DNA of 64,000 nt, from assembly GCA_039802605.1 (NCBI GenBank), contig JBDRWW010000003.1, positions 32,001 through 96,000 on the forward strand. Direction: 5' to 3'. This document shows, piece by piece, positions 10,544 to 20,398 of this stretch (position 1 is its first letter; each line of letters begins with the position of its first letter). The notes under the pieces are model-generated. The model saw nothing but the letters and a program-made list of their open reading frames with translations. It ran no database searches and had not been told where the DNA came from. This DNA comes from a candidate division WOR-3 bacterium. Its GTDB lineage: Bacteria > Hydrothermota > Hydrothermia > LBFQ01. The translations under genes were made by a program, and so were the position numbers.

Positions 10544-11284
10544 ATGAAGGTTTTAGTGTTTATAAAAAGGACACCGGATACTGCGGCCATCGTTAAACCC
10601 TCCCCCGATGGGAAGGATATAGACAGAACAAACATACCCTTTATAATAAACCCTTATGATGAATTTGCCGTTGAAGAGGCCATAAGGTTAAAGGAGAATA
10701 GGGGGGCGGAAACCGTTGTTATGTCCATAGGGGGCGATGATGTTAAGGAGCAGTTGAGGAGGGCCTTGGCCATGGGTATGGACAGGGCCATACTCGTAAA
10801 ATATCCCGAATACTGGAAATTAAACCCCTCTCAAATCGCGTATACAATAGTTGAGGTTGCAAGGAGGGAAAACCCAGACATGATCATAACGGGAAAACTT
10901 ACCATTGACGATTACACCTATTCCTTAGCCCCATATGTAGCCGAAAAACTCGGGTATAACCTCATAACATATGTAACAAAATTGGAATACCTTGACGGGA
11001 AGGTTAGAGCGGAAAGGGAAACGGATTTGGGTAGCGAAATATGGGAGGCGCCTTTCCCGGTTGTTATAAGCGCGGAGAGGGGTTTGAACGAGCCGAGACT
11101 ACCCAACATGAGGGGTATAATGATGGCAAAGAAAAAAGACATAGAAGAACTTGAAATAAACTTCCCCAAATACGATTACGCAATTGATAAATTCACACCC
11201 CCGCCCCCTCGTAAAGGGGTAAGACTTTTGAATTCGGTAGACGAGTTGATAAAAGTTCTCAAAGAGGAGGTAAAGATATTATGA
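10544..11284 (+). CDS. etfB: Electron transfer flavoprotein beta subunit
   Basis: INPYDEFAVEEA, ALAMGMD, NEPRLP. Confidence 0.95.
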   Translation: MKVLVFIKRTPDTAAIVKPSPDGKDIDRTNIPFIINPYDEFAVEEAIRLKENRGAETVVMSIGGDDVKEQLRRALAMGMDRAILVKYPEYWKLNPSQIAYTIVEVARRENPDMIITGKLTIDDYTYSLAPYVAEKLGYNLITYVTKLEYLDGKVRAERETDLGSEIWEAPFPVVISAERGLNEPRLPNMRGIMMAKKKDIEELEINFPKYDYAIDKFTPPPPRKGVRLLNSVDELIKVLKEEVKIL

Positions 11285-12237
11285 AGGCCTTGGTATTTGT
11301 TGAAACCTTAAAGGGTGTGGTTAGGGAGGCCTCATTGGAAACCATAAACTTTGCGAAGATCTTGGCGGATGAGGTTATAGGTGTTGTTGTGGGAAAGGGT
11401 GTCGAAGTAAAGGGTTTGAATAAACTTTATGTTTATGAGGATGAAAGGCTATTAATACCCATATCAAAGCCTGTGGCGGAGATTATAAAAGAAGTTCAAA
11501 AAAAGGAGAATGCAAAGTTTATAGTTCTGCCCGCAACCGGTTTTGGTAAGGAGTTGGGTGGAAGGCTTGCCGCCGCCTTTGATGCGCCTATATTGGACGA
11601 TTTTATGGCATACGAAAACGGATATTTTGTAAAGGGCTTTTATTCCAACAAGGTATTTGCCCATATCAGGATAGATGGGAATCCCGTTATACTTTCGGTA
11701 AGGCCTAGGGCGTTTAAGCCAGTTGAGGATGGGATATCGCCGGAAGTTATAAAGGTTAATATAAACTTACCCGAGGAATACTTCTCGGCAAAACCCGTTG
11801 AAATACACGAAAAGTCATCCGAAGAGGTGGATGTAACGGAGGCGGACATCGTGGTATCGGGTGGTAGGGGTATGGGAAGTCCCGAAAACTATCACAAATG
11901 GATAATAGCATTGAGGGATGCCGTTGCAAAGGCCACGGGCTTAAAGGTTGCAAACGGCGCTTCGAGGGCCGTGGTTGATGCGGGTTGGGTTGATCACTCC
12001 CATCAGGTTGGACAAACCGGTAAAACGGTTTCCCCCTTGGTTTATTTTGCCATAGGCATATCCGGGGCCATACAGCATCAGGCGGGTATGAGGACATCAA
12101 AAAACATTATAGCAATCAACAAGGACCCCGAAGCCCCAATATTTACGATTTCCGATTACGGCATTGTTTCCAAATGGGAGGATGTATTACCGGAATTGGT
12201 TGAGAAACTGAACAAGATAGCCGAGGAAAAGGTTTAA
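11281..12237 (+). CDS. etfA: Electron transfer flavoprotein alpha subunit
   Basis: VVSGGRG, QVGQTGK, GISGAIQH, AINKDPEAPIF. Confidence 0.95.
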   Translation: MKALVFVETLKGVVREASLETINFAKILADEVIGVVVGKGVEVKGLNKLYVYEDERLLIPISKPVAEIIKEVQKKENAKFIVLPATGFGKELGGRLAAAFDAPILDDFMAYENGYFVKGFYSNKVFAHIRIDGNPVILSVRPRAFKPVEDGISPEVIKVNINLPEEYFSAKPVEIHEKSSEEVDVTEADIVVSGGRGMGSPENYHKWIIALRDAVAKATGLKVANGASRAVVDAGWVDHSHQVGQTGKTVSPLVYFAIGISGAIQHQAGMRTSKNIIAINKDPEAPIFTISDYGIVSKWEDVLPELVEKLNKIAEEKV

Positions 12238-12257
12238 CGGGTTTAAAATAACAAGTC

Positions 12258-14852
12258 GTGAAAGAAATAGAAAAAACATACGATTTTAAGGAGTGGGAAA
12301 GGTTCTTATACTCAAAGTGGCTTGATGCTAAGGTTTTTAGGGCTACGGTTGATGAGGCTAGGGGTAAAAGGGTTTTCACAATAATGATGCCTCCACCCAA
12401 TGTAACCGGAAATATCCACATGGGTCATGTCCTTGATAACACCATTCAAGATGTCGTTGCTAGGTTTAAGAGGATGACGGGTTATTATGTCCTATGGCAA
12501 CCCGGAACGGATCACGCGGGAATTGCAACACAAAATGTTGTTGAAAGGGAACTGAAAAAAGAAGGGAAGACCAGGTGGGAGGTGGGGAGGGAAGAGTTTA
12601 TCAAAAGGGTTTGGGAATGGAAAGAAAAATACGGCAATCTGATAATTGAATCTTTGAAAAAACTCGGGATTTCTCCGGATTGGGATAGGTTGAGGTTTAC
12701 CCTTGACGATGGTTATAGTAAGGCCGTTATAGAGGCTTTTGTTAGGTTATACGAGGCGGGTTTGATATACAGGGGTTATAGGCTTATAAACTGGTGTCCG
12801 AGGTGTGGAACCGCCTTGGCCGACGATGAAGTTGAAAGGGAAGAAGAAAGCGGCTATATATATTATTTGAGATACCCCTTAACCGAAGGGGGTTATATAG
12901 TCGTCGCAACAACAAGGCCCGAAACCTACCTTGGAGATGTGGCCGTTGCGGTAAATCCGCAAGATGAGAGGTATAAGGGTCTAATAGGTAAAAGGGTTAA
13001 GCTGCCCTTTGTGGGCAAAAGGGTTGATGCGGAGGGCAAGGAGGTATATCCCGAAATACCTATAATATCCGACGAAAGCGTTGATATGGGGTTTGGAACG
13101 GGTGCCGTAAAGATTACCCCCGCCCATGACTTCAACGACTGGGAGATAGGCGAAAAGCACAAACTCCCCAAGGTTCAGGTAATAGACTTTGATGGGAAAA
13201 TAAACGAGAACGGTGGGGAGTGGAAGGGTTTGGACAGGTTTGAGGCGAGGGAGAGGATTGTAAAGGCCTTTGCGAATGCCGGATTGCTTGAAAAGGTTGA
13301 AAAACACACGTATTCACCGGGTAGGTGTTATAGGTGTTCTACGGTAATAGAACCTTTGCCATCCCTTCAATGGTTTGTAAAGATGAAACCTTTGGCACAA
13401 AAGGCCTTAGAGGCATACGATAAAGGGGAGTTAATAATAGTTCCGGAAATGTTCGGTAAGGTTTATAAAAACTGGCTGGAAAATGTTAAAGACTGGTGTA
13501 TATCAAGGCAAATATGGTGGGGGCATAGGATCCCCGCATATTATGGGCCGGATGGGGAAGTATTTGTGGGTAGGAATTACGAGGAGGCGCTTCAAAAGGC
13601 GGAAAAGCGTTACGGTGAAAAAGTTGAATTAAAGCAGGATGAAGATGTTTTGGATACTTGGTTTTCCTCTTGGCTTTGGCCCTTTGCAACCCTTGGATGG
13701 CCGGAAGAAACGGAGGATCTAAAAGTTTTCTACCCAACCCATTTCCTCCAATCCGGATGGGATATACTGTTCTTCTGGGATGCCCGTATGATTATGGCGG
13801 GTCTATTCTTCACCGGTAAAGTTCCCTTTAAAGTCCTATACCTCCACGGGTTGTTAAGGGATAAGTACGGTAGGAAGTTCTCAAAGAGTTTGGGAAACTT
13901 TCCGGATGTGTTTGAACTTTTGGATAAATACGGTGCCGACGGCCTTAGGTTTGGCGTTATGAGTTTAACACCCGAGGGTAGGGATATAAGGTTTGACGAA
14001 AACCAGCTCTTGGTTGGGAGGAACTTTGCGAACAAGATGTGGAACATAAACAGACTGATAAACATGTACCTTGAAGGGGAGGTTGATTTGGTAAAGCCAA
14101 ATCCTACTAAGCCTTATCAAAAGTGGGCTTTGCATATGCTCGGGAATTACATTGATGTTATAACCAAAAACCTTGAGAATTACGAGTTTGACGATTATGT
14201 TAAAAACCTATACCACCTAATTTGGAGTAATGTTGCGGATTGGTTGGTTGAGGCTTCAAAGCCTTACATAAAAGAGGGCAAAAGGGAGGCCTTGGATGTC
14301 TTACTCTATGTATGGATAAACTCCTTAAAATTGGCACACCCCATTATGCCCTTTATCACGGATGCTATATACGAGACTTTGCCCTTAAAAAACAAGGAAA
14401 TAACCCTTATGAAAACGGAATGGCCAAGGAGGGAATACGAATATCCCGATGAATACGAATATTTTGAGGATTTGAAGGAGGCTATAACCGTTTTCAGGTC
14501 TATAAAGGATTTGGTTGGTATAAAAAGCGCCCCTTATAGGGGTGATGTTGATGAATCTTTTGTATTTTTGGCGGGTGCGGAAAATGGGGATGCCGAGATT
14601 TGGGTGAAGATACCTTCAAGGTTTGAAGTGTATATCGGGCTTACAAGGGAACAAAAAAATAAGGTTGTTCAAAAGTTAAATAGGGAAAGGGAAGAGCTGT
14701 TAAGCGTTGTATCAAAGGTGGAGAAAAAACTTTCTTCGGACTTTGTCCATAAGGCGCCCAAACATGTAATTGAAAATGAAAGGGAGAAATACAAAACCTT
14801 AAAGGCAAAGCTTTCGGATATTGAAAGGCAATTGGAAATGCTAAACGGGTAG
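12258..14852 (+). CDS. valS: Valine--tRNA ligase
   Basis: PPPNVTGNIHMGH, DWCISRQIWWGH, DVLDTWFSS, KFSKS (KMSKS variant), C-terminal coiled coil. Confidence 0.97.
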   Translation: MKEIEKTYDFKEWERFLYSKWLDAKVFRATVDEARGKRVFTIMMPPPNVTGNIHMGHVLDNTIQDVVARFKRMTGYYVLWQPGTDHAGIATQNVVERELKKEGKTRWEVGREEFIKRVWEWKEKYGNLIIESLKKLGISPDWDRLRFTLDDGYSKAVIEAFVRLYEAGLIYRGYRLINWCPRCGTALADDEVEREEESGYIYYLRYPLTEGGYIVVATTRPETYLGDVAVAVNPQDERYKGLIGKRVKLPFVGKRVDAEGKEVYPEIPIISDESVDMGFGTGAVKITPAHDFNDWEIGEKHKLPKVQVIDFDGKINENGGEWKGLDRFEARERIVKAFANAGLLEKVEKHTYSPGRCYRCSTVIEPLPSLQWFVKMKPLAQKALEAYDKGELIIVPEMFGKVYKNWLENVKDWCISRQIWWGHRIPAYYGPDGEVFVGRNYEEALQKAEKRYGEKVELKQDEDVLDTWFSSWLWPFATLGWPEETEDLKVFYPTHFLQSGWDILFFWDARMIMAGLFFTGKVPFKVLYLHGLLRDKYGRKFSKSLGNFPDVFELLDKYGADGLRFGVMSLTPEGRDIRFDENQLLVGRNFANKMWNINRLINMYLEGEVDLVKPNPTKPYQKWALHMLGNYIDVITKNLENYEFDDYVKNLYHLIWSNVADWLVEASKPYIKEGKREALDVLLYVWINSLKLAHPIMPFITDAIYETLPLKNKEITLMKTEWPRREYEYPDEYEYFEDLKEAITVFRSIKDLVGIKSAPYRGDVDESFVFLAGAENGDAEIWVKIPSRFEVYIGLTREQKNKVVQKLNREREELLSVVSKVEKKLSSDFVHKAPKHVIENEREKYKTLKAKLSDIERQLEMLNG

Positions 14853-14858
14853 CACTAT

Positions 14859-15584
14859 ATGTTGATGCTTTTAGGGGTTATGCCAAAGGCCATAACCTTA
14901 TACGAGGGTGATACGCTTTTACTCGGCAACTTTCCCAGATGGGGGTTTTTTAAAAATAGGGGGGTTGTGTGTAAGGTTGAGGAGGGTAACGCGGTTGAAT
15001 TAAGGGGTGACACTTTAATAGCCAAAAGCGTTGGCATATCCATAATTTTATGCGGAAAGGGGGAGATAGAGAGGGGTTTTGTTATAAGGGTTGTTCCGAA
15101 GGGGTTTGAAAGACCTGAACCCATATTTTTGCGTGTGGGTGAAAGGGTAAAACTTCCAAAATTCGGGTTTCCAGAGGAACTAAAAGTTTATTTTTTGGTA
15201 AAACCCCCTTGGTTGGCAAGGGTTATAGGGGATTCCTTGGAAGGACTTTCGGAAGGAAGGGGGATATTGCAGGTGCATATAGTTAAAGGTGATAGGATTT
15301 TGGACGAATTTCCAATACCATTGGTAGTTGAAGGGAAAAGTAAAGTTTATATTTCGCCAAAAATGGTGGTTTTAAGGGTTGGGGAGGCTACAAAGTTTTC
15401 AATTTCCGGAGATTATATTTCCGCCGATTGGCAAATTTTACCAAAGGGCGTGGGTGATATATCCGGTGATGGGGTTTTTACGGCTTTAAAGCCCGGAAAG
15501 GCCGTAATAATAGCAAAGGTAAGGTTAAAGGATGGGAGTGTGGCATCCGCAAAAGCCTTTGTGAGGGTATTAAAACGGCCTTAG
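14859..15584 (+). CDS. Hypothetical exported protein with Ig-like (Big_2-like) repeats
   Basis: ISPKMVVLRVGE...W...GDISGDGVFTALKPGKAVI pattern. Confidence 0.55.
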   Translation: MLMLLGVMPKAITLYEGDTLLLGNFPRWGFFKNRGVVCKVEEGNAVELRGDTLIAKSVGISIILCGKGEIERGFVIRVVPKGFERPEPIFLRVGERVKLPKFGFPEELKVYFLVKPPWLARVIGDSLEGLSEGRGILQVHIVKGDRILDEFPIPLVVEGKSKVYISPKMVVLRVGEATKFSISGDYISADWQILPKGVGDISGDGVFTALKPGKAVIIAKVRLKDGSVASAKAFVRVLKRP

Positions 15585-15594
15585 AATTCCCACT

Positions 15595-16134
15595 ATGGCT
15601 TTGTACGAAAGGTATAAAAACGAGATAAGGAAAAAACTGGCCGAGGAGTTAAATTTAAACATTATGGAGGTACCAAGAATAGAAAAGGTTGTGGTACATG
15701 TGGGTTGGGGTAGGGAGGCGGTTGAAGACCCCAAATCCTTAGAAATTGTAGCCCAAGACCTGGCCATTATAACCGGTCAAAAACCCGTAATCACTAGGGC
15801 GAGGAAATCTGTGGCGCAATTCAAGCTTAGGAAGGGCATGCCGATAGGTTTAAAGGTTACTTTGAGGAGAAAAAGGGCTTACGATTTCCTTGAAAGGCTT
15901 ATAAACTTTGCATTGCCAAGGGTTAGGGATTTTAGGGGTTTGCCCAAGGACGGATTTGACGGTAGGGGTTCCTATAACTTCGGTTTGAACGAGCACACAG
16001 CATTCCCCGAAATAGACATTGATAAGGTTCAAAGGGTTTTTGGGATGGACATAACCATAGTTACATCTGCCAAGAACGATGAGCTGGCCTATAGGCTGCT
16101 CGAGGCGATCGGTTTCCCCTTTGAAAGGGCATGA
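15595..16134 (+). CDS. rplE: 50S ribosomal protein L5 (isolated)
   Basis: ITGQKPVITRARKSVAQFKLRKG, LPRVRDFRG, FDGRG, GMDITIVT. Confidence 0.98.
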   Translation: MALYERYKNEIRKKLAEELNLNIMEVPRIEKVVVHVGWGREAVEDPKSLEIVAQDLAIITGQKPVITRARKSVAQFKLRKGMPIGLKVTLRRKRAYDFLERLINFALPRVRDFRGLPKDGFDGRGSYNFGLNEHTAFPEIDIDKVQRVFGMDITIVTSAKNDELAYRLLEAIGFPFERA

Positions 16135-17525
16135 AAAGGTTCTTATTCGTTTTGCCGTTTATAATTTCCTGTGCAACAACGGAGGAGGGGGCCGTGAGAA
16201 AAGAAACACAAAAGGAGATAAAACCCTTAACCATACCCGAAATAAAAACCGTTGAAAAAACCTTGCCAAACGGTCTCCACATAATTGCGGTAAAGAAGGA
16301 TAAACTGCCGATATTTTATATGGAGTTGGTTTTAAAGGCGGGTTCGGTTTTGGATCCCAAGGGTAAGGAGGGGTTGGCAAACCTGGTGGGGTCTCTGGTA
16401 GATGAGGGTACTAAAAACAAAACATCCGAACAGATAGCCGAATACATAGAAAGCCTTGGGGCGAACTTTAATGTATCCGTGGGTAAAACTAGAACGGAAA
16501 TTACGGCCAAATGTTTAACCCCGGATGCGGATAGCCTTCTGTCCATAGTATCCGAGATCGTTATGTATCCCACATTCCCCAAAAAGGAGTTTGAGAGGGA
16601 AAAGAGGAGGCAGATTTCAGGTTTAAAAAACAATTTGAGCAATCCAAATTATGTGACATTTGTTAAATTGGACAAACTGGTTTACGAGGGTACCCCTATG
16701 GAACACCCAACGGATGGTTATGTTGAAAGCGTTGAAAAAATAACCTTGGATGATGTTAATGAATTTTATAAAAACTATTGGCTACCAAATCTCTCCTATA
16801 TTGTGGTGGTTTCAAGTTTGGAGCCCGAAGAGGCTATAAGGAAAATAGAAATGTTCTTCGGGAATTGGCAAAAGAAAGAGATTTCACTCCCGGATATACC
16901 AAAGCCAAAGGGGGAAAAGAGGGTTGAGATATTCCATATGGATGGTATAAATCAGGCATATATCAGGCTTGCCTTCCCCGTGGATGTTCAGCGCAATTCT
17001 CCGGATTATAACAAGGTGCGTGTGGCAAATTACATTTTGGGAGGTTCCGGATTTTCAAGTAGGATTTTGAAAAAAATAAGGGTTGAAAAGGGATACGCTT
17101 ACTCGGCATACTCCTATGTTATGCCCAACATAGTTTGGAAGGAGGAGAATTACCCCTCAGTTTTCATAGCGGGTTTGCAAACCAGGGTTGAAACATCCGA
17201 AGATGCCGTTAACACTCTGGTGGAACTCATAAAAGAGGCAAAGGAAAAAGGTTTTACGGAAGAGGAATTAGATGCCGCCAAGAGTTTTTATAACGGTTAT
17301 ATAGCTAGGTTGTCGGAAACATATTCCCAAATAGCGGATTTAATATCCACGCAATACGAATACAAACTCCCAAATATGTTTTGGATTAAGGACATTGATG
17401 AGATAAGGTCATTAACCTTAAAGGATATTAACGAAACCGCGCGGAAACACTTTAATACGGAAAACTTTATCCTTTTGATAGTTACGGATACCACAAAGGT
17501 TAAGTTTAAAAACCTAAAAATTTGA
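16131..17525 (+). CDS. M16 peptidase family lipoprotein, non-catalytic subunit
   Basis: Lipobox IISC; LPNGL; HXXEH replaced by NLVGS; IRVEKGYAY R/Y motif. Confidence 0.8.
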   Translation: MKRFLFVLPFIISCATTEEGAVRKETQKEIKPLTIPEIKTVEKTLPNGLHIIAVKKDKLPIFYMELVLKAGSVLDPKGKEGLANLVGSLVDEGTKNKTSEQIAEYIESLGANFNVSVGKTRTEITAKCLTPDADSLLSIVSEIVMYPTFPKKEFEREKRRQISGLKNNLSNPNYVTFVKLDKLVYEGTPMEHPTDGYVESVEKITLDDVNEFYKNYWLPNLSYIVVVSSLEPEEAIRKIEMFFGNWQKKEISLPDIPKPKGEKRVEIFHMDGINQAYIRLAFPVDVQRNSPDYNKVRVANYILGGSGFSSRILKKIRVEKGYAYSAYSYVMPNIVWKEENYPSVFIAGLQTRVETSEDAVNTLVELIKEAKEKGFTEEELDAAKSFYNGYIARLSETYSQIADLISTQYEYKLPNMFWIKDIDEIRSLTLKDINETARKHFNTENFILLIVTDTTKVKFKNLKI

Positions 17526-18562
17526 GGGTTTTTATATCAACGGGTGAGGTTTCCGGGGATAAAAATGCCGCATATTTGGTCCGTAAATTAAAGGTTTTTG
17601 GTTGGCGTTTTTACGCCCTTGGAGGGGAAAACCTCAGATATGAGGGTGTTGATATAGTGGAAAACCCCGAAAACATATCCGTTGTGGGCTTTCAGGAAGC
17701 CATAACTAGGTTAAGCGAAATAAACAGGGTTAAAAGGAAGGTTTTGGAATACGCTTTGAGTTCGGATTTGATAATAGGGGTTGATTTTCCGGGTTTTAAC
17801 CTTCCGCTTTTAAAGTACCTAAAACAAAAGGGGAAAAAGGTGGTTTATTACATATCCCCTCAGGTTTGGGCTTGGGGGAAGTGGAGGGTTAGGGATTTGA
17901 GGTTATTTGATGCGGTTTTGTGCATCCTTCCATTTGAGGAGGATTTTTTAAGGTCTTATGGCATTAATGCCTTTTTCGTGGGACATCCAGCGGTTAAAGA
18001 GAATAACGGGGGTAAGGATATACGGATAAACCCACCCGTGATAGGGTTTTTACCCGGTTCAAGGAAGGACGAGGTTAGGAGGCTTTTGCCCCGTATGATA
18101 AGGATAGCGGCTTTCGTAAAAAAGCTCCTTCCCGAGGCCAAATTTTTGTTCTCCGTACCATTTGATTACAAATTTGACCTGCCCGATACACATTATGTTA
18201 TAGGTATGGGGAGGGATGTTATAAGGGCCAGCGATGTTGTGGTTTCATCATCGGGCACGGCAACATTGGAAGCCGCCGTTGAAGGAAAACCCGCGGTTGT
18301 CCTCTATATGGTTTCGGAATTAACATACTGGCTCGGTAGGATTGTGCTGAAAATACCCTATATAAGCCTTCCGAATATAGTCTTGAAAAGGAAAGTATAT
18401 CCGGAATTCGTCCAACACATAAAACCGGAAAGTGTGGCGGAAAAGGTTTTGGAGATGTATGGCAGAAAGGAGGAATTCTCCGCCTTATCAAAGGAAATTT
18501 CCAAACTCTTAAAGGGTAAATACGACGAGGTGGAAGTTTTAAAAGAAATTTTACGACTTTAA
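17522..18562 (+). CDS. lpxB: Lipid-A-disaccharide synthase
   Basis: GEVSGD, DFPGFN, SPQVWAW, LPGSR, SGTATLE, ISLPNI. Confidence 0.95.
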   Translation: MRVFISTGEVSGDKNAAYLVRKLKVFGWRFYALGGENLRYEGVDIVENPENISVVGFQEAITRLSEINRVKRKVLEYALSSDLIIGVDFPGFNLPLLKYLKQKGKKVVYYISPQVWAWGKWRVRDLRLFDAVLCILPFEEDFLRSYGINAFFVGHPAVKENNGGKDIRINPPVIGFLPGSRKDEVRRLLPRMIRIAAFVKKLLPEAKFLFSVPFDYKFDLPDTHYVIGMGRDVIRASDVVVSSSGTATLEAAVEGKPAVVLYMVSELTYWLGRIVLKIPYISLPNIVLKRKVYPEFVQHIKPESVAEKVLEMYGRKEEFSALSKEISKLLKGKYDEVEVLKEILRL

Positions 18563-18572
18563 AATTCCCATT

Positions 18573-19886
18573 GTGAAAAGGATTACCGTAATAGGGGCGG
18601 GTTTGGCTGGTAGCGAGGCTGCCCTAGTCGCCGCGAATATGGGGGTTGATGTGATCCTATACGAAATGAGGCCTAAGAAAATGACGCCCGCCCACACCTC
18701 GGGAAAACCCGCAGAATTGGTTTGCTCAAACAGTTTAAAATCTAAGGATTTGTTTTCCGCTCCGGGTTTGTTAAAAGAGGAGTTAAGGATTTTGGATTCC
18801 CCATTAATAAAATTTGCATACGAATGCGAAATTCCGGGAGGAAAGGCCTTAACGGTTGATAGGTGGTGCTTTGCCGATAAAGTTGAAAGGGCATTAAAAA
18901 GTCATCCGAATGTAAAGTTTATAAACGAAGAAATAAGGGAAATACCGGATGGAATTGTTGTAATAGCAACGGGGCCCTTAACATCGGACGCTTTGGCCGA
19001 AGCCATTGGCGGGCTAATAGGTGAAGAATATCTCTTCTTTTACGATGCACAATCCCCCATAGTTGATGGCGACTCCTTAAACTACGAAAAACTATACTTT
19101 AAAGACAGGTTTGGTTATGACGATTCGGCATATTTAAACGCTCCCATGACAAAGGAGGAATATATGGCATTCTGGGAAGCCCTTGTAAATGCTGAAATTC
19201 ACGAACCCAAGGAGTTTGAAAGGGATATATGCTATTTTGAGTCCTGTTTGCCCATAGAAGTTATGGCGAAAAGGGGCCCCGAAACCCTTTTATATGGACC
19301 TTTAAGACCTATTGGGTTGGAAGATCCCAGAACGGGAAAACTACCTTATGCCGTGGTTCAATTGAGGAGGGAAGATTCCGAAGGGAAGGCTTGGAACTTG
19401 GTGGGTTTTCAGACACAGTTAAAAATATCGGAACAAAAAAGGGTTTTTAGGATGATACCGGGTTTGGAGAACGCGGAATTTTTAAGATATGGAGCCGTGC
19501 ATAGAAATACATATATAAACAGCCCAAAACTTTTACTACCAACACTGCAACTTAAAAAGGAACCGAGGATACTTTTCGCCGGTCAGATAACGGGTACGGA
19601 GGGTTATGTCCCCGCAATAGCGGGTGGCCATTTGGCCGGATTGAATGCGGCTTTAATGGCTTTGGGCCTGGAACCCGTTGTCCCCCCAAAACATACGATG
19701 ATAGGGTCTTTAATCCATTATATAACCACGCCTAAAAAGGATTTTCAGCCCATGAACGCAAACTTTGGAATAGTTCCCGATGTTCCAAAAATGAAAAGGG
19801 AACATAGGATAAGGTTTATAGTGGAGAGGGCCTTGTCGGAAATTAGAGAGTTTAAAGAAATGTTGGAAATTGCCCTTGTTAAGTAA
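18573..19886 (+). CDS. trmFO: Folate/FAD-dependent tRNA U54 methyltransferase
   Basis: GAGLAGSEAA, ELVCSNS, YFESCLPIE, HRNTYI, FQPMNANFG. Confidence 0.96.
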   Translation: MKRITVIGAGLAGSEAALVAANMGVDVILYEMRPKKMTPAHTSGKPAELVCSNSLKSKDLFSAPGLLKEELRILDSPLIKFAYECEIPGGKALTVDRWCFADKVERALKSHPNVKFINEEIREIPDGIVVIATGPLTSDALAEAIGGLIGEEYLFFYDAQSPIVDGDSLNYEKLYFKDRFGYDDSAYLNAPMTKEEYMAFWEALVNAEIHEPKEFERDICYFESCLPIEVMAKRGPETLLYGPLRPIGLEDPRTGKLPYAVVQLRREDSEGKAWNLVGFQTQLKISEQKRVFRMIPGLENAEFLRYGAVHRNTYINSPKLLLPTLQLKKEPRILFAGQITGTEGYVPAIAGGHLAGLNAALMALGLEPVVPPKHTMIGSLIHYITTPKKDFQPMNANFGIVPDVPKMKREHRIRFIVERALSEIREFKEMLEIALVK

Positions 19887-19895
19887 AGGAGGAAA

Positions 19896-20387
19896 ATGAA
19901 AGTTAGAGAAACGGATTTGCCAGGTGTGGGGAAAAGATATACCCTTGAATTACAAAGCGGATGGGAGATAACGCTTATTATTCATAATACTGGAAGGAGG
20001 GAGATTTACATAATAGAACCCGAAGAGGAAGAACCCAAATGTGTTTTATCCTTAACGGAGGATGAGGCAAAAGATTTAGGGTTTTTGCTCGCCGGAACTA
20101 CTTATCAATCCGTATCCCCCGAGAGAATGGAGTTTATAATGAAGGAAATGGTTATGGAGTGGGTAAAAGTTGGTAAAAATTCCAACCTTGTAAATAAAAC
20201 CCTCGTAAATGCCCAAATAAGGGAAAGAACGGGTACATCAATATTGGCAATACTTAGAGGGAAAGATATGATAGTAAATCCCGATCCGCACAAAACCGTA
20301 ATAAAGGAGGGAGATATACTCGTTGTGGTGGGGACAAGGGAACAGATAAACAACTTCTTAAAATATTGTGGGGATTGCACCCATTGA
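19896..20387 (+). CDS. khtT: K+/H+ antiporter regulatory subunit (KhtT-like, RCK_C)
   Basis: ETDLPGVGKRY N-terminus, C-terminal TrkA-C domain; adjacent CPA2 gene. Confidence 0.85.
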   Translation: MKVRETDLPGVGKRYTLELQSGWEITLIIHNTGRREIYIIEPEEEEPKCVLSLTEDEAKDLGFLLAGTTYQSVSPERMEFIMKEMVMEWVKVGKNSNLVNKTLVNAQIRERTGTSILAILRGKDMIVNPDPHKTVIKEGDILVVVGTREQINNFLKYCGDCTH

Positions 20388-20398
20388 GGTTATAACCT

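Noticed and set aside
13860..13900. ValRS KFSKS instead of KMSKS
   Set aside because: Conservative variant seen in class I synthetases; catalytic Lys retained
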